From Armatimonadota bacterium (GTDB taxonomy: Bacteria > Armatimonadota > JAAZEB01), in assembly GCA_016199585.1 (NCBI GenBank), contig JACQGM010000364.1, positions 1 to 42,402 of the forward strand: a stretch of DNA of 42,402 nt, read 5' to 3'. Under the pieces are notes generated by a model that was given only the letters and a program-made list of their open reading frames with translations, was not told the origin of the DNA and ran no database searches. Both the position numbers and the translations under genes were made by a program. The first letter of the stretch is position 1, and each line of letters opens with the position of its first letter. This document shows positions 24,325 to 31,610 of the stretch, piece after piece.

Positions 24325-24843
24325 ATGGCGTTCCGTGTGGTGCTGGAGAGGCTGTACCCGGACATGAAGGAGGCCACCGTCGGGCGGTGGCTGAAGGCGG
24401 AAGGTGAGGCGGTGGCCGAGGGGGATCCGATCGCCGAGCTCATCACCGACAAGGTGACATTCGCGTTGGAGTCACCCGGGGCGGGGCGGCTGCGGCGCAT
24501 CTACGCACGCGAGAAGAGCGTGCTGCCGATCGGGTGTACCCTGGCGGTGCTGGCGTCCCCGGAGGAGGCGCTCCCGGACATCGAAGCCGAGAACCGGGCG
24601 CTCATCGCGGCCCGGGAGGCGGAAGTCGCCCGCGGATTGCCGGCACCGCGTAGGGGCGGACCGCGTGTCCGCCCGGCGCTCGTGGCCGGCGTCGCCGGGC
24701 CGGGCCGGGCCGACGGGGTACGCGCCACTCCCTCGGCCCGGCGTCTGGCCCGTGAGCGCGGCATCGATTTGGCGCGGGTGCCCCGCCCCGAGCGCGGACC
24801 GATCACCGAGCGGGATGTAGAGGCGTTCATCAGTGGCAGGTAA
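24325..24843 (+). CDS. Lipoyl-domain + peripheral-subunit-binding-domain protein lacking an acyltransferase catalytic domain (E2-arm-like)
   Basis: The N-terminus has EATVGRWLKAEGEAVAEGDPIAELITDKVTFALESPGAGRL, with the TDK lipoyl-lysine motif. After an Ala/Pro linker comes ATPSARRLARERGIDLARV...GPITERDVEAF, a PSBD signature. The ORF ends there at 172 aa. Confidence 0.8.
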   Translation: MAFRVVLERLYPDMKEATVGRWLKAEGEAVAEGDPIAELITDKVTFALESPGAGRLRRIYAREKSVLPIGCTLAVLASPEEALPDIEAENRALIAAREAEVARGLPAPRRGGPRVRPALVAGVAGPGRADGVRATPSARRLARERGIDLARVPRPERGPITERDVEAFISGR

Positions 24844-26047
24844 TCAGCGGGTGGTCGTCACCGGCATCGGGGCCGTGTGCTGCCTCGGGCTCTCGGTGCC
24901 CGAGTTCTGGGAGGGGCTGTGCGCGGGCCGATCCGGCATCGGGCCGATCGCGCGTTTCGACACGACCGGCCTGCGCAATCCGTGCGCCGGTGAGATCAAA
25001 CATCCCGAGGCGCTCCGGCTTCCCGCGGGCGCCGACCCCGAGGACCTGGCCGTGCGCTTCGCCCTGGCGGCGGCGCGCGAAGCCGTCGCCGATGCCGCCC
25101 TCCCCCAAGGGGGCGACCCGGGCCGCCGGGGCATCGTCTTCTCCACCAACTTCGGCGGCGCGCACGCCTGGGAGCGCTTCGCCACCGCCTGGCACACCGA
25201 CCCGGCGCAGGTGCGCTCCGCGGATCTGCTGCGCTTCTCCTTCGAGGATGCCGTCGCCATCGCCGCCACCGCGCTGCGCTTCCTCGGCCCGCGCGGCACC
25301 CTCTCTCTCTCCTGTTCCTCGGGCGCTGCGTCCGTCGCCTGGGCGATGGATACCATCCGCGCCGGGCGCGCCGATGTCATGCTGGCCGGCGGGCACGACG
25401 CCCTCAGCCTCTCCTCTCTGGCCGGCCTGAGCGCCCTGCGCACCGTCACCGCCGAGCAGATCCGCCCCTTCGACAAGAACCGCAGCGGCACCCTCTTCGG
25501 CGAGGGCGCCGGGATGCTGGTGGTCGAGGCGCGCGACCACGCCGTCGCTCGCGGCGCCCGGATCTACGGGGAGGTGTGCGGCGCCGCCGTCAACAACAAC
25601 GCCTACCACGTCACCGCCCCGGACAAGCAGGGCGAAGGTCTGGCGGCCGCGCTGCGCGCCGCGCTGGGAGATGCCGAGGTGCCCCCGGAGGCGGTGGACT
25701 ACGTGAACGCCCATGCCACCGGCACGAAGTACCACGACGCGGTGGAGACGGCGGCGATCAAGGCGGTGCTGGGCGCGCGCGCCGGGGAGATCCCGGTCAG
25801 CTCCATCAAAGCGGCCACGGCACACCCGATGGCCGCCGCCGGCTCCCTGGAGGCGATCGCCAGCCTCCTCGCCCTGCGCGACGGCATCGTGCCGCCCACC
25901 TTGAACTACGAGACGCCCGACCCCGCGTGCGACCTGGACTGCGTGCCGAACATCGCCCGGCGAACATCGCTGCGGTGCGTGGTCTCCCTCTCCTCGGGCA
26001 TCGGCGGCAACAACGCCGCCCTCGTGCTGCGAAAGGACGAGCCGTGA
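24833..26047 (+). CDS. Beta-ketoacyl synthase (KAS I/II, FabF-like) with an intact Cys-His-His triad
   Basis: The GTG start overlaps the upstream gene by 11 nt. RVVVTGIGAV...; active-site LSCSSGAAS (Cys); NAYHVTAP and VNAHATGT (two His); C-terminal GGNNAALVL. Confidence 0.9.
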   Translation: MAGNQRVVVTGIGAVCCLGLSVPEFWEGLCAGRSGIGPIARFDTTGLRNPCAGEIKHPEALRLPAGADPEDLAVRFALAAAREAVADAALPQGGDPGRRGIVFSTNFGGAHAWERFATAWHTDPAQVRSADLLRFSFEDAVAIAATALRFLGPRGTLSLSCSSGAASVAWAMDTIRAGRADVMLAGGHDALSLSSLAGLSALRTVTAEQIRPFDKNRSGTLFGEGAGMLVVEARDHAVARGARIYGEVCGAAVNNNAYHVTAPDKQGEGLAAALRAALGDAEVPPEAVDYVNAHATGTKYHDAVETAAIKAVLGARAGEIPVSSIKAATAHPMAAAGSLEAIASLLALRDGIVPPTLNYETPDPACDLDCVPNIARRTSLRCVVSLSSGIGGNNAALVLRKDEP

Positions 26048-27219
26048 GCGTGGTCATCACCGGCACCGGCGCTCTCTCGGCCATCGGCTGCGGCCCGGCG
26101 TTCGCCTCCGCCCTGGCGGGATGCACGCCGGGCATCGCCGAAGTCACCGGCTTCGATCCAGGCGATGCGCCCTCGGTGCTCGCCGCCGAGGTGCCCCACT
26201 TCTCCATCGAGGAGTATTTGACGAGCGCGAAGACCTACCTGGATCGCTCCTCGGCCCTTGCTCTGGCGGCGGGCGCCCTGGCGCTGCGCGACGCGGGCGT
26301 CATAGTGGCTCCCGGGGAAGGGCAGCGCGCCGGTCTTTCCTTCGGCACCGCCTACGGCTGCCTGGAGACGATGGGCGGCTTCTGGGCGGGCGTGCAGGAG
26401 AAAGGCGCCCGCCTGGCCAGCTCGCTCCTCTTCACCCACTCCTACGCCAACACGCCCGTGAGCCTGGCCTCCATCGAGTTCAACCTCGCCGGGCCGCACG
26501 GCTGCTTCTGCGCGGGCGCCGCCTCCGGGGGGCACGCCCTGGCCGACGCCGTGGCGCAGGTGGCCGCCGGCCGCGCGGACGTGATGCTCGCCGGCGGGTG
26601 CGAGGCGCTCTCGCCCATCCTCTACGGGGGACTATCCGGCGCCGGCGTTCTCTCGCCGGGGGATGACGGCCCGGAGGGCCTGCGCCCCTTCGCGGCGTCC
26701 CGCAACGGCACCGTGCTGGGCGAAGGCGCCGCCATGCTCGTCGTCGAACCAGAAGGCGTGGCCGCGCGACGCGGAGTCCGGGTGCGCGCCCGTGTGCTCG
26801 GCGTCGGCCCGGGGGGCGGTGGGGCCGTCGGCGCCGAAGCGGCGATGCGCGCCGCCCTGGCGGATGCCGGCGGGGGACCCGGGGAGGTGGATGCCGTGTT
26901 CGCGGCGGCGAATGGCTCCCCCGAGGGGGATGCCGCCGAGGCGGGGGCGCTGGAGAGCGTCTTCGGGGGACGGTGGATCCCGGTGGTCGCCCTGAAGGCG
27001 ATGGTCGGGGAGACGCTGGGGGCTTCCGGGGCCCTGGCGGCGGCCGCCGCCGTACACGCCCTGGAGGAGGGCCTCTTGCCCGCCGCTCCCGGGATGGAAG
27101 CTCCCGAGTTCGCCCTCGACCTCGTGCGCGCCCCCCGGCGCGCTTCTCTGCGGCGCGTGCTCGTGAACAGCTTCGATGCGCGCGGCGGGTGCGTCAGCCT
27201 CTTGCTCGGGGCGGCGTGA
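26044..27219 (+). CDS. Ketosynthase-like partner lacking the catalytic triad (chain-length-factor-like)
   Basis: GTGA overlap with the KS stop (26044-26047). An ungapped alignment to the upstream KS over GP...GRADVMLAGG places Ala where the nucleophilic Cys should be (FCAGAASGG versus LSCSSGAAS). The His positions read ...GGGAVG... and AAANGSP. Confidence 0.85.
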   Translation: MSVVITGTGALSAIGCGPAFASALAGCTPGIAEVTGFDPGDAPSVLAAEVPHFSIEEYLTSAKTYLDRSSALALAAGALALRDAGVIVAPGEGQRAGLSFGTAYGCLETMGGFWAGVQEKGARLASSLLFTHSYANTPVSLASIEFNLAGPHGCFCAGAASGGHALADAVAQVAAGRADVMLAGGCEALSPILYGGLSGAGVLSPGDDGPEGLRPFAASRNGTVLGEGAAMLVVEPEGVAARRGVRVRARVLGVGPGGGGAVGAEAAMRAALADAGGGPGEVDAVFAAANGSPEGDAAEAGALESVFGGRWIPVVALKAMVGETLGASGALAAAAAVHALEEGLLPAAPGMEAPEFALDLVRAPRRASLRRVLVNSFDARGGCVSLLLGAA

Positions 27220-27221
27220 AC

Positions 27222-27287
27222 GCCCGGCGCGGGGCGGAACCCGCGCCCTACGGGATGCCCGGCGCGGGGCCGAACCCGCGCCCTACG
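27222..27287. repeat. Two tandem copies (35-bp period) of a REP-like GC hairpin, GCCCGGCGCGGGGC(G/C)GAACCCGCGCCCTACG
   Basis: Copies at 27222-27252 and 27257-27287. Each contains GGCGCGGG / CCCGCGCC arms (27226-33 / 27240-47 and 27261-68 / 27275-82) followed by CTACG. They sit right after the KS-like gene stop and may act as a terminator. Confidence 0.8.
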
Positions 27288-27307
27288 ATTTCGGCGAAGA
27301 GGAGAGC

Positions 27308-28339
27308 ATGGACCAGGAGGTCAGAGTAGAGCACGGGGCGCTGGTCGCCGCGATCCGGGAGGTGCTGGAGGGCGCGGGCGTGCCGGCGCCGGTGAGCCGT
27401 GTGGAGGCGGAGGTGACCGCCGAGGCTGACCTGCTCGGCGTGCCGTCGCACGGCGTGCGCATGGTGCCGGCGCTGGTGAAGGCGATCCGCGAGGGACGGG
27501 CGACCCCCGACCCGCAAGTGCGGATCGTGCGCGAGCGGGGCGCCACCTGTGTCCTGGACTGCGACAACGGGCCGGGGCGCTACGTCTCCGTCCTGGGGAT
27601 GCGGCACGCGGTCGGGCGCGCGCGGGAGGCGGGCGTCGGGGTGTGTCTCGCCCGGCGGACGACGCACTGGGGCCGGGCGCACGCCTACGCCTGGCGGGCG
27701 GCGCAGGCCGGGATGATCGGGGTGTGTGCCACGAACGCCATCCCGAACATGCTCGCGTTCGGGTCCTCCGGCCGCCTGGTGGGAAACAACCCCTTGGCGA
27801 TCGCGGTGCCCGCCGGGGAAGGGCGCGACCCGGTGGTGCTGGACATGGCGATGAGCCAGGCCGCCCTGGGCAAGGTCGGCACCTACCTGCGCGAGGGGAA
27901 GAAGGCGCCCCCCGGGTGGGGTCTGGATGCCGATGGACGGCCGACCGACGACCCGGCGACGATCCTGGCCAGCCGGAAGATCCTCCCCTTCGGCGGCCAC
28001 AAGGGCGCCGGCCTCGGCGTGATGATCGAGCTGCTCACCGGCGCGCTCTCGGGCGGCCTCCTCGCCCACGAGATGGCCCGGAGCGACGCCAGCGGCCTCG
28101 ACCGTGAGGCGACCAAGCTCTTCCTGGCGCTCGATCCGGCGGCCTTCCTGGACCCGGAGCACTTCTGCCGCCGGGTGCGCGACTCGCTCACCTTCCTCCA
28201 GACCGCCGAGCCGGGGCTCACGGTTCTCTATCCCGGCGAGCGGGGCTGGCAGGTCAGAGACCGCTATCTCGCCGAGGGGATCCCAATCCCGACCGACATC
28301 ATCGCCGAGCTGCGAGCGTTGGGGGCTTCGCCGGGGTAG
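27308..28339 (+). CDS. Ldh_2-family (malate / L-lactate / ureidoglycolate-type) NAD(P)H-dependent oxidoreductase
   Basis: Start at the ATG at 27308, with GAGGAGAG upstream. The translation has LLGVPSHGV.R......I, ...NNPLAIAVP..., ...DMAMSQAALGKV and ...PFGGHKGAGLG..IELL.G.LSG, typical of the type-2 malate/lactate dehydrogenase family. Confidence 0.85.
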   Translation: MDQEVRVEHGALVAAIREVLEGAGVPAPVSRVEAEVTAEADLLGVPSHGVRMVPALVKAIREGRATPDPQVRIVRERGATCVLDCDNGPGRYVSVLGMRHAVGRAREAGVGVCLARRTTHWGRAHAYAWRAAQAGMIGVCATNAIPNMLAFGSSGRLVGNNPLAIAVPAGEGRDPVVLDMAMSQAALGKVGTYLREGKKAPPGWGLDADGRPTDDPATILASRKILPFGGHKGAGLGVMIELLTGALSGGLLAHEMARSDASGLDREATKLFLALDPAAFLDPEHFCRRVRDSLTFLQTAEPGLTVLYPGERGWQVRDRYLAEGIPIPTDIIAELRALGASPG

Positions 28340-28365
28340 GACCGGGATCGCTGTGGGGGTAGATC

Positions 28366-28896
28366 ATGAACACTCTGGTAGTTTGCGCGGCGGCGTCGGG
28401 AACGACGTTCGCCGCCGAGGCCGAGGAAGCGCCCCGCCTGGAAGTCGGCGACTGCGCGCCCGACTTCCGGGCGAGCGCCTCGGATGGCAAGGAGTACACT
28501 CTGGCGCAGTTCCGCGGCCGGTCGGCCGTCGTTATCGCCTGGTATCCCCGGGCAATGACCGGCGGCTGAACGCGGGAGATGAACTCTCTCCGTGATGAGA
28601 TGAGTTTCCTCTCGCAGTTCAACGTGCAGGTGTTCGGCGCCAGCACCGACCCGGTGGAAGCCAACCGGGAGTTCGCGGAACGCCAGGGCTACCCGTTCCC
28701 CCTCCTCTCCGACCCCGACGGGAGGGTGGCGAAGGCTTTCGGGGTTCTCAACGCCAAGGGCACGGCCGCCCAGCGCTGGACCTTCGTCATTGACGACCAG
28801 GGCATCATCCGCCACATTGACCGCAAGGTGAAGACAGACACCCACGGCAAGGACCTGGCCGAGGCGCTGGGCGCGCTCGGGATGCCGAAGCGGTAG
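28366..28896 (+). CDS. AhpE/Prx-like peroxiredoxin with an in-frame TGA (28567-28569) at the peroxidatic-Cys position; candidate selenoprotein (otherwise a nonsense pseudogene)
   Basis: ORFs 28366..28569 and 28579..28896 are in the same frame, separated only by TGA + ACG CGG GAG. The joined product reads ...VVIAWYPRAMTGG[TGA]TREMNSLRDEMSFL...VFGASTDP...PFPLLSDPDG.VAKAFGV. This parallels the Prx active-site block FPLAFTG(V/I)C..EL..LRD. There is an N-terminal signal-like peptide. Confidence 0.6.
28573..28592 (+). promoter_or_regulatory. Candidate SECIS-like hairpin 3 nt downstream of the in-frame TGA
   Basis: CGGGAGA-UGAAC-UCUC(U)CCG forms 7 bp with one bulged U and a 5-nt loop with G at the second position. 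It can be extended by G-U and C-G pairs (28571-28594). Position and size are compatible with bacterial SECIS elements, but this was not evaluated with a model. Confidence 0.3.
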
Positions 28897-28922
28897 GGGT
28901 AGCAGCCACGGAGGTTGGCGCC

Positions 28923-29360
28923 TCACCGCGCGCTCAGGTCCACCACCTCGATGTGGGCGGCCTCGGCCAGTGCCACGCAGCGCTCGTCGCGATAGAACTC
29001 GCCGAAGAAGATGCGCGCGATGCCAGCGTTGGCGATCAGCTTGAAGCAGTTCCAGCAGGGGCTGGCCGTGGTGTAGAGCTCCGCGCCGGCGATCTGCACC
29101 CCGTTCCGCGCCGCCTGGATGATGGCGTTCGCCTCCGCGTGTACCGTGCGCACGCAGTGCCCCTCGACGACATCGCACCCCGCTTCGTCGCAGTGGGGCA
29201 ATCCGCGCACGCTGCCGTTGTAGCCGGTGGAGAGAATCGTCCGGTCGCGCACGATCACCGCGCCCACGTGCTTGCGCGGGCAGGTGGAGCGCGTCGCCAC
29301 CACCCGCGCGATGTCCATGAAGTACTCGTTCCAGTTCGCCCGCTTCCTCTGTTCCGCCAT
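28923..29360 (-). CDS. dCMP deaminase / ComEB-type cytidine-deoxycytidylate deaminase
   Basis: Zinc-binding motifs HAEANAI and PCWNCFKLI. 145 aa from the ATG at 29360; the track's first M at 29363 is a TTG. Confidence 0.9.
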   Translation of the reverse strand: MAEQRKRANWNEYFMDIARVVATRSTCPRKHVGAVIVRDRTILSTGYNGSVRGLPHCDEAGCDVVEGHCVRTVHAEANAIIQAARNGVQIAGAELYTTASPCWNCFKLIANAGIARIFFGEFYRDERCVALAEAAHIEVVDLSAR

Positions 29361-29938
29361 CAAGCCTTCTCCACTCTCAGCTCGCCCGCGACGATCAGAG
29401 GATCGACGACCGCGTCCACGGCGGCGCGCAGCTCCTCGACGGTCCCGTTGTTCAGGACCATGGCATCCGCCAGGGCGATCGGGGGCGCCTTCTCCAGGTG
29501 GTCCACCTCCATCCGGTCGCGGCTGGCGGCCTCCTCCGGGGTGAGGGGCCGGGCCGGCCGCGCCGCCAGGCGCGCGTAACGCAGGCGCTTGTCGGTGAAG
29601 ACGCCCAGGACGAACACTTGACCGGGGAACTCCTCCTGGAGCACCTTCAGCTCGGCGTCGCTGTAGAGGCCGTCAATGAGGACGGAGCGCCCCTCCGCCA
29701 CCAGCGCCCGGATCTTCGGCAGCGACAGGATCGCGTAGGCCGCCATGCCGTGACGCTGGCGCAGCTCCTCGCGCACCATCCGCTCGTTCGCCTCACTCAC
29801 CAGCAGGCCCCTTCGTCGCACCTCCTCCATCGTGATGCCGCCGAAGTGAACCCGGGGCAGCCCCTTCTGCGCCAGGTGAGCGCTCGCTTCGGACTTGCCC
29901 GAGCCGCACATGCCGACCACTGCCAGCACCGCAATCAT
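29360..29938 (-). CDS. P-loop nucleotide kinase-like protein (dephospho-CoA-kinase / UPF0200-like AAA ATPase)
   Basis: Start at the ATG at 29938, with GAGGAGG 7 nt upstream. Walker A is VVGMCGSGKS. About 190 aa. Its stop overlaps the dCMP deaminase start (TGATG). The substrate is unknown. Confidence 0.7.
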   Translation of the reverse strand: MIAVLAVVGMCGSGKSEASAHLAQKGLPRVHFGGITMEEVRRRGLLVSEANERMVREELRQRHGMAAYAILSLPKIRALVAEGRSVLIDGLYSDAELKVLQEEFPGQVFVLGVFTDKRLRYARLAARPARPLTPEEAASRDRMEVDHLEKAPPIALADAMVLNNGTVEELRAAVDAVVDPLIVAGELRVEKA

Positions 29939-29990
29939 CGGTGATCCTCCTCGGCCGCCAGCCGGCCGCACGATCCGCGCGCGGGCGTCG

Positions 29991-30818
29991 CTAGACTCGC
30001 GGCCCGCTCGCCACGAAGGCATCTATCAAGGCGCGGGCGATGCTCAACTTGCCGGGGAGTCCCGGCAGGTTGCCCGCGCCGAACCAGTCCGCCTCCAGCA
30101 CCTCCACGCCATCCACGCGGATCTCGCCCCCCGCGTGCTCGGCGGTGAAGCCGAGCATGAGCGAGTTCGGGAAGGGCCACGGCTGGCTGCCGAAGTAGCG
30201 GAGATTCCGCACCTCGATCCCCGTCTCCTCGCGGATCTCGCGGCGGATGCACGCCTCCAGCGACTCCCCCGTCTCCACGAAGCCCGCGAGCACGCTGAAC
30301 ATTCCCGGCGCGAAGCGCGGGCTGCGCGCCAGCAGGATCCGATCCTCGCGCCGCACCGCCACGATCACCGCCGGGGCGATCTGCGGGTAGTAGACCTGCC
30401 CGCACGCGGCGCACGCCCGGGCGCGCTCGTCGCGCTTCAGCGCCAGCGGCTTCCCGCAGCGGCCGCAGTAGCGGTGCGCCAGGTCCCAGTGGGCGAGGTG
30501 CGCGGCGCGGGCGGCCACGGCGTAGTGGTCCTCCGGCAGCACGCCGAAGAGCTCGCGCAGGCCCGCGAAGCGATGGTCGGGGGGGAGCGCCAGTGGTGGC
30601 GCATCGAACCCGGCGGCATGGCAGGGAACCCCGTCCAGGACCCCGAGGTGGTGCAGCGTGTCCGGCCGCAGCCCGAGCGCCGCCGGGCCATCCGCCCGTG
30701 GCACGGCCGGCGTCATGCCCGGCACCCCTTCCTGCACGAGGATCTGGCCCCCGTGAAAGAGGAACCACCACCCGGCCGCATCCGCCGCCGCCGGCCCTAC
30801 TCCCGAGACGAAACCCAT
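29991..30818 (-). CDS. nudC: NADH pyrophosphatase (NudC-type Nudix hydrolase with zinc ribbon)
   Basis: Start at the ATG at 30818, with GGGGGAG 5 nt upstream. CGRCG...CAACG zinc ribbon, Nudix box GFVETGESLEACIRREIREETGI, and SQPWPFPNS typical of NudC. Confidence 0.85.
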   Translation of the reverse strand: MGFVSGVGPAAADAAGWWFLFHGGQILVQEGVPGMTPAVPRADGPAALGLRPDTLHHLGVLDGVPCHAAGFDAPPLALPPDHRFAGLRELFGVLPEDHYAVAARAAHLAHWDLAHRYCGRCGKPLALKRDERARACAACGQVYYPQIAPAVIVAVRREDRILLARSPRFAPGMFSVLAGFVETGESLEACIRREIREETGIEVRNLRYFGSQPWPFPNSLMLGFTAEHAGGEIRVDGVEVLEADWFGAGNLPGLPGKLSIARALIDAFVASGPRV

Positions 30819-30851
30819 GCGCGCTCCCCCTCGCCGCGTCGCTTCCGGGGG

Positions 30852-31510
30852 AAGGATTCGCGGTGCGGGGGGGAGGATCCTGTATGGGAGAGGGGCGGGG
30901 GGGCGGCGCTGGACGACCACCACACGTCCACACCTGTAGCGGAAGCCCGACGGCGATGCTTCGGCTCGGAGCCTCCCAAGAAACTTGCGGCCAACCAGCA
31001 CCGTTTCGCCCGATTCGCCGCAGCCCCGACTCTGTCATCCTGAGCCGAAGGCGAAGGATCTCCCCCGGACGACCATCACGCGTCCGCACCTGTAGCGAAA
31101 GCCCGGGGGAGATGCTTCGGCTCGGAGCCTCAGCATGACTAGTGCGCGGGCTGGGGATGGTTGTGTCCGGGCAGGGGCAAGACGCGCGAGCCCGTTTCTT
31201 CCCCTGCCACCCCGGGGCGGCCCCGGGTGAGCGGCTCCTAAGAAACTGGCGGGCGACCAGCACCGTTTCGGCTAATTCGCTGCACCCGCGACTCTGTCAC
31301 CCTGAGCCGCTGAGGCGAAGGGTCTCCGCCCCGAGAGCCACCACAGGTCTGAACCGGTAGAGGAACCCCGGCGGAGATGCTTCGGCTCGGAGCCTCAGCA
31401 TGACCGGTGCGGGGGCTTGAGATGGTTGTCCCCGGGCACCGGTACGCCGCACGCGCCTGTTTCTTCCCCTGCCACCCCGGGGCCGCCCCGGGTCACTTGC
31501 TCAGCATGAC
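30852..31510. repeat. Array of a composite ~262-bp repeat: long imperfect hairpin elements (H2 31034-31139, H3 31296-31404, degenerate H1 ~30852-30980) separated by conserved linker segments
   Basis: Read directly. Elements of the form GTCA(T/C)CCTGAGCCG..GGCGAAGG.TCTCC... / ...GGAGATGCTTCGGCTCGGAGCCTCAGCATGAC recur. The linkers CTCC(C/T)AAGAAACT.GCGG.C.ACCAGCACCGTTTCG... and ...GTTTCTTCCCCTGCCACCCCGGGGC.GCCCCGGGT.A are also duplicated. The ORFs crossing it look spurious. Confidence 0.85.
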
Positions 31511-31610
31511 AGCACGAGGGCCGGCAAGGCGACGCCGGGCGGGACCAAGAGCGACGCCGACGGTGGGCGCCGGGCCAAGTTGAGGGTGATAGAGAGGCCC
31601 TCTCCTTGCT

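Noticed and set aside
25576-26043. Long N-terminal extension of the second ketosynthase-like ORF (547-aa version); likewise the extensions 19092-19571 of gltX, 5159-6046 of the regulator and 27176-27307 of Ldh_2
   Set aside because: The extensions overlap upstream genes in another frame and are Arg/Gly-rich. Internal starts with SD sequences or stop-start overlaps give proteins with canonical N-termini.
28366-28896. Treating 28366..28569 and 28579..28896 as two independent small genes
   Set aside because: Neither half is a complete thioredoxin-fold domain. They are in the same frame 9 nt apart, and together they reconstitute one peroxiredoxin with the stop at the catalytic residue. Whether this is Sec recoding or a nonsense pseudogene remains open.
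31034-31139. Hammerhead-ribozyme-like string CUGA-GCCGAAGGC-GAA in the repeat arms
   Set aside because: The conserved core requires CUGANGA before stem II and GAAA after it. Here the NGA is missing, and the surrounding helices do not form a three-way junction with a UH cleavage site.
29935-31263. 442-aa minus ORF (and 30593..31138 +, 31142..31360 +) spanning the repeat array
   Set aside because: They read through repeated hairpin DNA, have Arg/Pro/Gly-rich low-complexity translations, and overlap the well-defined nudC start. They are considered spurious.
30852-31510. Possible CRISPR array in the nudC-cca intergenic repeats
   Set aside because: The repeat period is ~262 bp. The segments between the hairpin elements are themselves conserved between copies, so there are no unique spacers. 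The repeats are long imperfect hairpins rather than 24-48-bp direct repeats, and no cas genes are present.
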